NCBI RefSeq assembly: GCF_964188315.1
Contig: NC_135656.1
Location: 1,116,001-1,180,000 of the forward strand
Reading direction: 5' to 3'
Origin: Podarcis muralis
Lineage: Eukaryota
DNA length: 64,000 bases
Every line of letters starts with the position of its first letter. The stretch's first letter is position 1. The position numbers were made by a program, and so were the translations under genes. Below are positions 10,501 through 21,900 of this stretch, piece by piece. The notes under the pieces are model-generated. The model was not told where the DNA came from and did no database searches. It saw nothing but the letters and a program-made list of their open reading frames with translations.

Positions 10501-11029
10501 GTGAGGTCCCTTCCATTGATCTCCTAACCTGTTGCTGTATCTTCTTTCCTGAATGGTGGGGTTTTTTGGGTAGTTTCCTTGCTGGGATAGCATGACATGA
10601 ATTTTAGCTTACTTTTATAATTTTATTGTTTATCTTTTAACAATGTTTTATGGTATTTTGTGTAAAGGCATGGACCTCACAAATTTAATAAACTTGTTGT
10701 TGTTGTAATGATGGAAGTTTGAATGACTTGAGGTGTATTGCTCTTTCAGAAAGCACAGTGACTCAGGTGGAATGAAGTGGGCACAGAGCCAGGGGGTGAA
10801 ATGACCCTCATTCCCTCACTGGATGTGCAGAGAGGTCTGTTGCCTCTTTAGGATTGTTAGGGCTCAGGAATTGGCTCTAGTACTGAGGTTTGGGGTTCAT
10901 TCTCTGGGTAGCAAGTTAAATCTCACGGCAGTCAGCTAGTCTCAGATCAGGACCTTTGAATCTTTGGATAAAAATCCTGCTTTAAAAGAAAGACCACTCA
11001 ATGTATCATTAGGATTTTACCTGCTCATC

Positions 11030-11455
11030 CTTTGTCTCCCATTCCAATAATATTTTATACCTTTAGACAGCACTTTTACATTCCATTCCAACAGGTCTCT
11101 CTCCAGTTGTGATATTTGTTCCCCAAATCCTCATATCCTATCTTTCTTAAATACTTCATTCAAATGATATTGTATCCATGTTGTTAATTTCCCTGATAAT
11201 TCCTTAAATTATTTTAATTTATACTCTCCTCCCTCGTTTTAATAAATTTCTATAAGTTGTCCACCCTTCTATCATGTTCTATTTCTTTACTGCTATAGCT
11301 TCCAATGGTGAGAGCCAAAGTGGTGTTTTTACCTCTAATAAATTCTTGTATTTATCCCATACGCTATAGAATTTTTTCCTAATTATATGATTTGTAAATC
11401 CTTTATGAACTTTCACCTTTTCATACCATAAATATGCGTGCCAACCAAAAATATT
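11030..11455 (-). mobile_element. Old L1 ORF2 fragment
   Basis: The reverse strand reads FTNHIIRKKFYSVWDKYKNLLEVKTPLWLSPLEAIAVKK*, similar to the post-RT region of lizard L1. It is degraded and the boundaries are approximate. Confidence 0.6.
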
Positions 11456-11463
11456 GTCATGAC

Positions 11464-11614
11464 CAGTGCTTTTTTTCCTGGGGGGATGCAGGGGTACACA
11501 TACCCCTAAACATTTTGTGAATCTAAGTTTGGCCTCATTGAGGGGCAGGATTTCAATATGAGTAGGAAAATGAGAGTACCCCTAAACTTTTTTTTTTAAG
11601 AAAAAAAAGCACTG
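11464..11614. mobile_element. hAT-type MITE
   Basis: TIRs CAGTGCTTTTTTT/AAAAAAAGCACTG and an 8-bp TSD GTCATGAC/ATCATGAC (7/8 match). Confidence 0.8.
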
Positions 11615-12978
11615 ATCATGACTTTCTAAGTCTAGAACAGTGGTACCTTGGTACTTGAACGGCTTGGCTCCAGAAACTGTGTCTGTGGTATTTGAAATGA
11701 GGAAGAGACATCACCTTCATGGGTTACCATGTGGAGCTTTGGAACAGGGAGAGCAAGTTCCAGGACACACAATGGACTCCTCTGGGGTCCTGTTCTCATC
11801 ACACACTGCCTTGGCATAATGGGAAGGAAAAGGAGATTCAAATCCTGTTGTCCTTGTAAACAGCAAGTGGTGGGGCAATCAGGATTGTCCTTCTTAAAGC
11901 TGCTCTAATGGGATGATGGGCTGCTGGTCAGTGAGAGAGGATTTGCTTTGTATGCAGAAAATTACCTGTTCAATCCCCAGCATCTTCAGGTAGTGCAGTG
12001 AATGTCCCCTGTCTAAACCCCCCCCCCCCAAAGACACCACTGAAGGACAGAATGGGGGGTGTTTGTGTGAGAGGGATCCTCTCCCTCCCCCCACTGAGAT
12101 CTTGATCTAAATCAGCCCTCTCAGTGTCTTCTCATAAAGGTAAATCTGTGCAGAGTCCCAAGCAAAGGATCCAATGTTGCCAGGATTGTGTACACAGACA
12201 GTTTAAAGTGGATCTGATATATTCCAGGTATACGTGGTTTTCACATTGCCCACACAATGTTATACTCATCCAAGTGGCAGCCTGCATTCTCCCCTCCCAT
12301 ATTTAATTCAGGTTTTTGATCAGTGGATAATGCAGTAGGGTAAGAAAATCCCATATAAAATCAAATATTAGCTAACTGTGGATCTTTTTAAAAAAAGAAA
12401 AAGAAAAAAAGATGTGTAGTGATGTTTTGCTGGGTGCCATCTGTCACAACACACTGCTGACAGGGCCCTTTGTGACACACATGGTGGTGCTTTGGGCTGC
12501 TATCGTTGTTTTTTACCCACTGGACTGGTCTACTGGTGAATATACACATTTAAAGGCTGCTAAACAAATACCTTCCCACATGCCCACAGTGGACCTCAGT
12601 GTTCCAGAACTCAGGCAGAGTGAGGGACCAACATCACGTGGTGTCAAAGTATCTCACCAAGCATCACCCACTTGGGGTTTTATTTCAGTGTCAAGCCAAG
12701 CTTCAAGGTATACAGACTGAAAGCCTATCAAATCCATTTGGCATAGCTGCTGCTGAGGTGCCAAAATAATTAAAGAGAAGAAATCTTGAATACAGTAGTT
12801 AGCAGGGATCTTCAGCGTCAGCCAGGAGTTAACCAAAAAGTAGTCAAATGGTTTTCAAACTCAAGTTATCTTTAGAGCACCTCTTTGATTATATTAGGGA
12901 AGTGACATTTCTGTGTGGGGAAATCCCACAGCGCCTGGCCATTGAGCCTCAGAGGCCTGCCTGGGCGAGGTTCCGTGC

Positions 12979-15900
12979 TTAGGTCCCCTTGCCCTGCTTC
13001 CCGCTCGGCATGGGCTTCTCACAGATGTAGTAGCACAGGTAGCTGCAATAGACGTCGTTCCATTCCCCAGAACCCCAGAGATGCGCACAGTCTTCGTTCC
13101 CACTGTTATTCGGTTCCCCTGGCTTCCAGTACCTGCATTGAATGTTAAATACTTTGAAAAATATCAAAAATCCAAGATATACAGAATTTGATAGACTTCC
13201 CTCTTGATGTCTTTTTCATGGCCAAAAAGCAGTTTGGGTGGGGTGCAGGAAGAGAGATTTGGACTGGGGCCATAGTGCCTGAGAGGTCTAATCATGCAAC
13301 AGAACTGATCCAAGTCCTCTGGCTATTAGTCACAAATATATTGGGGTAGTGGTGTTCTTGCACTGTGCCCCTGTGTTTGAACAGGATTGCAGTGCTCCAC
13401 TCTTCCCCCTTATGCCATTTTCTCACTGAAATCATCTCCACTGCCATATCTTGCTGTAGGCAGTCCATGAGGACTATTTTTCAGAGCATCTATGGTGGAT
13501 TTCAGTTCAAAAATGAAAAAAAAAGATCCAAGGACATACTTAAGGGGATGTAGAGTTTGACCCTTTAGAAAAGCATTTCCCAACCTATATGTTGTTGGAC
13601 TACAAATCCCATCAGCCTGGATCATTGTCTATGCTGGCTGGGGATGATGGGGACAGTAGTCCAACATTTGGGGTCCCAAGGCTGGGAACAGTCAGTGTAG
13701 AAGGAAGCTTTTGGTGAGGTTCTGCTTGAAAGAACATCAGTCATGTGAGAATTCCTGCTGGCAGAATCTGAGAAGAGAATGCCATTTCCAAATTTGTTTT
13801 GACCGCACTTGATGCCAGCTGCATAACAAAAGGGATGACAACTGCTCAGTGCTTACGTGAAGCCCGAGTAGTAACTGCTGCCATCAACCCATCTCCACAG
13901 TCCTTCAGTATCTCTGTCCGTGAGGCCCATCCAATAACGGTCATTCCTGGTCCGGGTCATAAGGAAATTCTGCATGAGAAAGAAAAATCAGATAAATGTG
14001 GCCATGAGAGTACATGGACTTTCTGTTGGAAGATGACGTTTAGGAGGATCCAGAATCAGTTTCTCGGCCATTGCTGTGTTGGGTTCCACAGGGTTCAGTT
14101 CTGCCATGGGTACTGCATCAGCGTAGAGCTTTATGCAGCCAAAGTAGTATGACCCATGTGCAAGAAGGAGGCATCAACAGACTGGTGGTGGTCCCTAAGG
14201 TTAGCAGAAGTACATTTTGTCGGGGGGCGGGGGAGAAAACCAAAACAGCTCAATGAGATCTGAGAATGCTCAGTGAAACACTGCCTGGCTGTTTGTGTGC
14301 AGGAAATGAAAGCTGGGTGTCAGGGAGTATTGGACTGGAGGCTCCTGGCAGAGGGTGCAGTTTCCTGGCTGGCTGGCCCTCTGAAAGCACGCCATGTGGC
14401 AACATTTTGTGGTGAGCATGGCTGGCCACTCAAGGCCCCTCCAGCACAGAACCTGGTGGGAAGAGTTGCAGCTCAGTGGCAGAGCATCTGCATTGCTTCC
14501 TGAAGGTCCTGGGATCCATCACCTGGCAGCTTCAGGTCGAGCTGGAAAAAGACTCCTGCCTGAAATCATGGAGTGCTGCTGAGAGTCAATGTAAACAATC
14601 CTGAACTAGATGGATCATTGGTCTGACGTGATCTAAGGCTGCTTCCTAGGTTTCTATGTTGAAAAGCACAGCACAGCACAGAGCACAAGTAGCCGGTTTA
14701 TCAAGGAAGAGGCAAATCCTCCCAAGTTGAATTCACTGGAAAATTTTGAAGGCATTCAGAGCCAGGTACAGGTGTACAGAAACACATCCACTGGGCCAAC
14801 CATGGACAGTATGTTGATACAGGGGAACATCCGTAGTGGCGGTCAAACTGACTTTCAGAGATGTTTGTCCACAATTTTCTTTTTGAGGAACCCCTGATAA
14901 GCATTCAGGAAAACCCCAGGTTCTCTGGAGCCCAGTTTGGAAACTGTAGCCTGGCTGTGATCGGGAGATGCATGCCAAGTAAGTTGGAATAAGGCAACTA
15001 AGCCCCCCAATCTCTCTGGGTGCAATGGTTTCCCCCAACTTTCCCTGATTCCTCCAACTCCAGCACACCAGCCCTGGCCATTTCCTTTCTTTTTACCTGT
15101 TCAGGCATACTATCAATGACAACCAGCTTTGAATTTCTGACAGCGCAATCATCCCTGGCCTGCATCCAGTTAGTTTTCTGCAGGGAGAAGTAGTAGCATT
15201 TTCCATTGTGGTATTCCCATTCTCTAGTGTCAGGATTGCATGGGAACACTGAGCAAAGGAAAGAGAGACAACATTAGCCAATGGCTTGAAAAGTAAAGTA
15301 AAGCTTAGAGATGTCTGAGAGCACAGAAAGTGCAGTAGGCTGTATCTAGCTATGCAGTCGTCCATCTATTTAAAGGAGGAGGAGCTGGCAAAGTGGTGCC
15401 CTCCAGATGATGTTTGAATGCAGCTCCTACGTTCATAAGAAGAGCTCTGTTGGATCAGGACCAGGGCCCAACTAGTTCAGCATCCTGGTCTCACAGTGGT
15501 AAGCAGATGCCTATGGGAAGCCCACAAACAGTCCTCTCTGCACTTGTAATTTCCCAGAAAATGGAAGTTCAGAAGTTGGCTGCCTCCAAAAATGAACATT
15601 CTGGCTGGGACTGGTGGTAATCAGCCTGCTTTCACATGACAGTTAATTCCGTTTTAACAACTGTTCCAGACCCTCCAACATGTCATGACAAAAAACTGGG
15701 ACACCATCTTCCGGGGCTGCACTTCTGCACAAGTTACATGACCTGTGCAAGATTGCAGTCCTGAAAAAACACTTTATTAGGGCACAGTGCCCCAAATATA
15801 TTGCCTCCCCCCCCCAAATAAAAACTTTTCTTAGGGGAAAATTGCAGTGCGAAATCAAGCAATATTGCAGCGCCCAAAATGTTTGCCATGCTCTCACGAG

Positions 15901-18900
15901 AAAAAACAGGATTTCTCATTTCCTGGGACGGTTGAGGGCTATGCTGTTCCCTAACTGTAAAGTTCTGTATTATATGTGAGCTTTCACAAAAGCCACTTCT
16001 GGAACTGTAGAGGAGTATAGTGCAAGTTTAGTGCCCATTTCTGTCTTATTTGCTCCCAGAAAAAAATCTGTTTGCAAATAATATGGAAACAAATGCTAAA
16101 CTTGCACCATATTCCACTATAACTCTGGAAGTGGCTTTTAGATCATGTGAAAGCTCAAATATAACATGAATTGCAAGTGGAGAGTGCTGTTCTGGACTCA
16201 AAGGGTCTTTGGACAGGTTCAGCAAGGCGCTTCTGATATTCCTTTTATACTTGAGATCAATTAGGAGAGGTTTGAAAGCTCATAAGAGAAAATCACTGAG
16301 GGCCACCATGGCTATGTGAGGCGCCACTCCCTAGGTTTCAAGCTCTGCTCCCTGATGTTTAGGGTCTGAGATTCAGCAGAACTGATCACCCTAGAGAAGA
16401 ATATAAGTTTGGGGTGGGGGGAAGTAGGCTGTAAGCAGAGACCTTTCTAACCCCTGGATCCAGCAAGTGTTAAAATATAAGTCCGGCTAGTTTCCAGTGT
16501 TGAGGTGATAGTCCAGGTGATGGGCCATTAAGGAAAACAAAGTGGATCTCTGAGAGGGTATTTAGGAAAAAGACAAAGGCAAGAGTTGAGAGTTCAGTGA
16601 GTGAGCCAGAGGGAAAAGGAGCAAGCTGGAGAGAGAGTCAGAGCAACAATTGAGAACATTGTTTGATACTTTCTGTTTGGAATCCAAGGCTGTGGCTATG
16701 CGAGAAACCAGACCTTCTTGGGCTTTTAATGCTGTGATCCCCTCCATTGTAGGATCGGGTTGCATATGTATTTGTAAATAAATCATAGAGACACCACAGT
16801 CTCCGCTAAGCCCCATTCCCAAAGGAAACATGAACCTTGGGTGAGAATCTGGAAGACCTTGGATCTCACACCATGCAGGGATTGGAGTGGCAGGCAACAA
16901 TATGTTACAAGACTTACATTCATAATCATGTCCCGTTCGTGGCTTTGGACTCTCATCAATCAATTCACTCAGTTCTGATGAAAGTGTTGTTGCTTAAAAT
17001 TTTAAAAGAGGAAAAGGGGGAAATGTTAGAAATTTAAAGCTGAAATGAAACATATTACATGGCAGACGTTATGATGCACGGAGGTGTGATATGGTTTATT
17101 ATTATTGAGAGACAGCAAATCAGGAGAGGTTTAGCGATGAAATGCTTAGTAATAACTTTGAATGTCAGTGTCATGCTAATCAATCAATTAACTTTGAAAC
17201 AATGCCTCTCTTTCCCACACCCCTCCAAACATCACAAAGTGGTTTGAAGTTGGCATTACGCTAATTGTATAACAAATTATCTCCTAATATAAGAGGGGGC
17301 AGGGTTTCTGTTGAGTCAGGTGATTAGCTGTGGGAGGAGCTTATCAGAGCTCGCAGGGCAGCAGCTGAAGAAGGTGCAAAAAAGGTTTTTATTGTGTGTG
17401 TTACTTGTGGCTGATTAGCTGCTCTCCCTGTGCAAAGGTCAGAGGGGGCAGGGTTTCTGTTGAGTCAGGTGATTAGCTGTGGGAGGAGCTTATCAGAGCT
17501 CGCAGGGCAGCGGCGCGCAGTTTGATCCATCTTTTAGATTTAGGGGAGCTAGTCTCAAACGTTTGTTGGGGGAGACCTAGGTTTTTTTGGGGGGGGTTAT
17601 TTGTCCTGTCTTCACGCTTTTTATGATGGAGGACCACTGTAGTCACCCCCAACGACACGTTTTCAAGATGGAGGGTGAGGGAACAGCTGCAGTCGCCTGC
17701 AGTTCCTGCGCAATGTTTGCCATCTTGCCAAAGGTTGCAGGAAGCTTTACCTGCAGCAATTGTATGTTGATTGCCCTCTTAGAAGACAAAGTCCAACAAC
17801 TGGAGAAACGTGTAGCTACGCTCCAAAGAATTAGAGAGCTGGAGCTCTTCTTGGAAGCAACAGAGATTGTCCCCCACATAGTTCCGGGCAAAGACCTGGT
17901 TTCCTGGGACAAATGACCGTGGTGCGTTGGCACAGCCTGGGGGTTCAGCCACGGCAAAGTCTGGGTGTAGCCGGTCGAGCGGTGACCTGAGGCGGCGGCC
18001 CATAAGCAGTTCCGCAGGACTCCTCCCTGTGGCCGCATGAGGGGTGATGTGTTGCGCGAACAAGTATTCGGCGACCCGCTCATGCCAGTCTCCCCGGTCC
18101 AGGCGCGCCAGTGCCTCTTTTGTCGAGCGCACCATTCTTTCCGCTTGCCCGTTGCTGGATGGATGAAAGGGTGCCGTTAGGGCATGGCGGATGCCCAGTC
18201 CCAAAAGATACCGCTCAAACGTGCCTGATGTGAACTGCGGTCCGTTGTCAGAGACAAGGACATCAGGACACCCATGCGTTGCAAACAGGCCTCGCAGCAC
18301 CCGGATGACAGCTTCGGTAGTGGTGGAGGGCATCAGGGCGACCTCCAGCCATTTGGAATAGGCGTCCACCACTACCATAAAGGTCCGGCCGTGAAAGGGG
18401 CCAGCCAGATCGATGTGCACCCTCGACCAGGGTGTCTTTGGCGTCTCCCACGTGTATCCCTTAGCTGCCGGTGGTGCAGGCCTCGACTCCTGGCACGCTT
18501 GACAGGCGGACACCCAGGCAGTGATGGCATCGTCCATATTAGGCCACCAGACGTAACACCGAGCCAACGCCTTCATTTTGACAATTCCCGGGTGGCCAAC
18601 GTGCAGAGCCTCCAGGACGCGCTGACGGAGTCCCTGGGGAATCACGACGCGGTCTCCCCACAGCAGACAGCCGCGATGAGCTGAGAGTTCATGTTGTCTG
18701 GTTGCGAAGGGCTGGAACTCCGATGCAAAGGGCCCTTGTGGCCACCCCCTCCACACCCAGTTGAGCACCCGGCTGATGGTGCGATCCTGGGCAGATGCGG
18801 AGGCCACAGTGGCAGCCGACACAGGCGCTGCCGGAAGATCCTCAATCAGAAGGAGCGATGAAGCTGGAGCCGGGTCTTCCACAAATGCTGGAAGAGGGCA

Positions 18901-21900
18901 ACGGCTGAGGGCGTCGGCATGGCCCATCGATTTCCCCGGGCGGTGGATGAGCCGGTAGTGGTAGGCAGCCAGGAAAACAGTCCATCGCAGCATGCGTGGT
19001 GAGAGGACCGGTGGAGTTGGACGATCACCGGCGAGGAGGCCCAGGAGTGGCTTGTGGTCAGTGATGAGGTCAAAAGTCCTGCCATAGAGGTATTCATGAA
19101 ACCTCTTCACTCCAGCCACAAGTGCCAATGCCTCCTTGTCGAGCTGGCTGTAATTCCGTTCCGTCAGAGATAGTGTCCTGGAAAAGTAGGCGAGCGGTGC
19201 TTCTCTTCCATCTGGAAAACGGTGACTAAGGACAGCCCCGATGCCAAAAGGTGAGGCGTCGCAGGCAAGGACCAGCGGCCTGGATTCACTGTACTGTACC
19301 AGCACACTGTCCGAAGAAAGGAGAGCCTTGACCGCGTTGAAGGCCGCCGTCTCCCGATGACCCCAGGCCCAAGGCGTCTTAGTGCTAAGGAGTCGGTGAA
19401 GAGGCTCAGCCACTGTGGCTTTGTGGGGCAGGAACATGTTATAAAAGTTCAGCAGCCCCAGGAACGCCTGCAACTCCGTTTTGTTCTTTGGAGTGGGGGC
19501 CTGCTGGATAGCGCGGATCTTGGATGTGGTTGGATGAAGACCGGAGGCATCGATAAGATAGCCCAGGAACTCTACCTGTGGAACGGCGATCTGGCACTTC
19601 TCCCTTTTTACCTTGAGCCCGGCCTCCTGGAACCTGGTCAGCACGGCACGGAGGCGCTCGAACAGCTGCTGGTGTGAGTCTGCAGACACCAAGACATCAT
19701 CAAAATATGGTACCACGCCCGGAAGCCCTTGCAGGAGACGCTCCATAAGGCCTTGGAAGATGCCAGGAGCCACACTCACCCCGAACTGCAACCGGCGGCA
19801 ACGGAATGCCCCCCGGTGGGTGACGATCGTCTGGGCTTCAGCAGTGGCATCATCGACTGGCAGTTGTTGATAGGCTTGGGCAAGGTCCAGCTTAGCGAAG
19901 ACCTTACCCTCACCCAGGGAATGCAGCAGGTGTTGGACAACAGGAACCGGATAAGCATGCTGCTGAAGTGCCTTGTTGATCGTGCACTTGTAGTCAGCGC
20001 AGATTCTCACCGACCCATCTGGCTTGACAGGCGTGACGATGGGGGTTTCCCACTTTGCGTGGTCAACCGGCTCCAAAACTCCTTGGGCGATCAGTTTGTC
20101 CAGTTGTTCGTCCACCTTAGCCTTGAGAGCAAAGGGAACCCGGCGTGGCTTTAGCTTGATGGGGGCGACTTGTGGATCCAGGCTAAAGGAGATGGGCGTA
20201 CCTGTATATTGGCCCAAGGTGCCGTCAAAAACCTCGGCAAAGTCTTTGACCAGACCCTCAGTCTCTGCGTTAGAGATGCAGTTGATGCCGGTGACTTCCA
20301 GGCCGAGGGCATCAAACCAGTCTAGCCCTAGGAGGCTTGGCCGCTGACCTTCGACCACCACCAACCGGAGCAGGCCCGAAAAATCCTTGAAGGCGATCCG
20401 GAACCGGCCAACGCCTACCACGGGAACGTCGTTTCCCTGGTAGTCTCTCAGGTGTACGCGGTGAGAGTCGAGTTGCCTTTTGGACACTCTGGGTACCAGT
20501 CTTTTGATGGTGCTCCATGACACGATGGACAGGGCAGACCCGGTGTCGATCTCCATGTCACATGGAGCTCCTTCAATGAGCACCGTGACGTTCAGCTTGC
20601 GTCTCGTAGGCGAGTCGGTTTGGCCAATCGTGGTTCCAGACGGGCAGCGGCAGTTGGTGAGAGCGAAACAACTTTCCTTGGCAGACTGGAGTGAAGACTT
20701 GGACTTGCGAGTCGATGAAGGGGGGTTGTCAGACGGAGCCGATCGGCAGACCTTAGCGATGTGGCCCCTTCTGGAACACCTCCTACAGATGGCGTCTCTG
20801 AATCGACACTTGGCACGGGAATGGTTGCCTCCGCAGCCAGCACATTCCGGTTGGCCCTTGGACTTCTGTTGGAACTTCCTGCGCTCCCGCTTTGTCTGGT
20901 GCACATCATCGTCTTCACTGGAGGATGCCTCCTCACTGCTGGCCTCTTCATGATGCACCGGAACGGGCTCCCTAGCAAGACGCAGGCTGCTGGACTTGCG
21001 GATCTCCTGAGCGGAGCGTTCAGCAGCTTCTGAGGCCACAGCCTCCTCAATGGCTTTCTGTAGCGTGAGGTCTGGCTTGGCTAGGAGACGCCGTTGCAGA
21101 TGGATGTCCCGGACCCCGCAGACGATTCGATCCATCAGGGCATCGTCTAAGTCTCGGAACTCACAGTGCATTGCAGCCTGTCGCAGGGCGGTGGTGTAGT
21201 TGTTGATTGACTCCCCCTCTGCCTGGTTCCTGTGGTAGAACGCATGGCGGGCAGCAATCTTGGACGGCTTTGGTGCGTAGTGGTTGCGGAGCTTCTCTTG
21301 GATCGTGTCCCATGGTGATGCCTGGACTGCTTCAGGCGCAACCAACGCTCGGGCCGTCTCAAACACCTCAGGCCCACAGAGGCTGAGGAATAGGCCCCGC
21401 TTCCGATCCTGTGATACTGCTGTCAGTTCGTTGGCTTGGAGGTAGCAGTCGAACCGAGCGAGGTAGGAGTCCCATGATTCAGAGGCTGGCGCAAACGGCG
21501 GTAGAGGCACAAGTGAAGCCATGATTCCGATGCCGGCGTGAAGGGCGATGGATGGAACACAGTGCTCTAGCCAGAACAGTCAGCTCTGAACTGGTTCTGC
21601 CCAGTGATTTCGCTCAGTGATTTCGCTCTGTGATTCAGCTCAGTGATTCAGCTCAGTTCAGAGGCTGGCCGCATCTGGCTGTGCTCTGATGTCCATCTAT
21701 CCCACCTTCGTCGCCAGTATTAAGTCGTGGGTTGACATAGCAGCCGGCACAGCAATTTCTTCAAGTAGCTCTTTATTCTGGTAAGCTGGAATAGAACTGA
21801 CTGTGAACAGCTCAGCCGGCCTGTATTTATAGGCAGCCGGCTGTCACATTGTAACCACAACAGCTCAGAGTTCCCGCCTAAAATAACTGCCGCGGACCTG

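Larger units (their letters stand above)
3312..10527 (+). pseudogene. LINE ORF2 (AP endonuclease, RT, C-terminal CCHC), disrupted by the copia insertion and one in-frame TAG
   Basis: APE motifs ILSWNVAG, ICLQETW, GRPSGGL, LAGDFNAR, SVIDHILVS, ESDHLP. RT motifs KAPGED, NYRPVSLL, FVDLTSAFDSI, GVKQGCLLAP, LLYADD. Deleting 3821-7523 restores the frame YIPPMCT-SSQTVQIWEDLESC. A TAG at 8857-8859 lies in the conserved context AYKL*TRYLL and the frame continues unchanged. Confidence 0.93.
1364..10705 (+). mobile_element. Near full-length RTE-X-like (APE-RT-CCHC) non-LTR retrotransposon, ~5.6 kb once the nested copia is removed
   Basis: It has ORF1 and an APE/RT/CCHC ORF2, and the 3' end is AATAAA followed by a (TTG)n tail at ~10687-10706. 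Candidate 12-bp TSD with 1 mismatch: TAATGCTGGAAG 1352-1363 / TAATGATGGAAG 10706-10717. The clade call rests on motifs recognised by eye (LYGIELWG, LPQGTPAAFLRVEVG, GRYAKIPVEQRICPC..EDLIHYMLYCPIY). Confidence 0.8.

Noticed and set aside
21602-21660. Short tandem units CAGTGATT(T)CGCT/CAGCT, and AGCTC-rich repeats at 6900-7090
   Set aside because: These are ordinary leader repeats of the LTR elements with no unique spacers.
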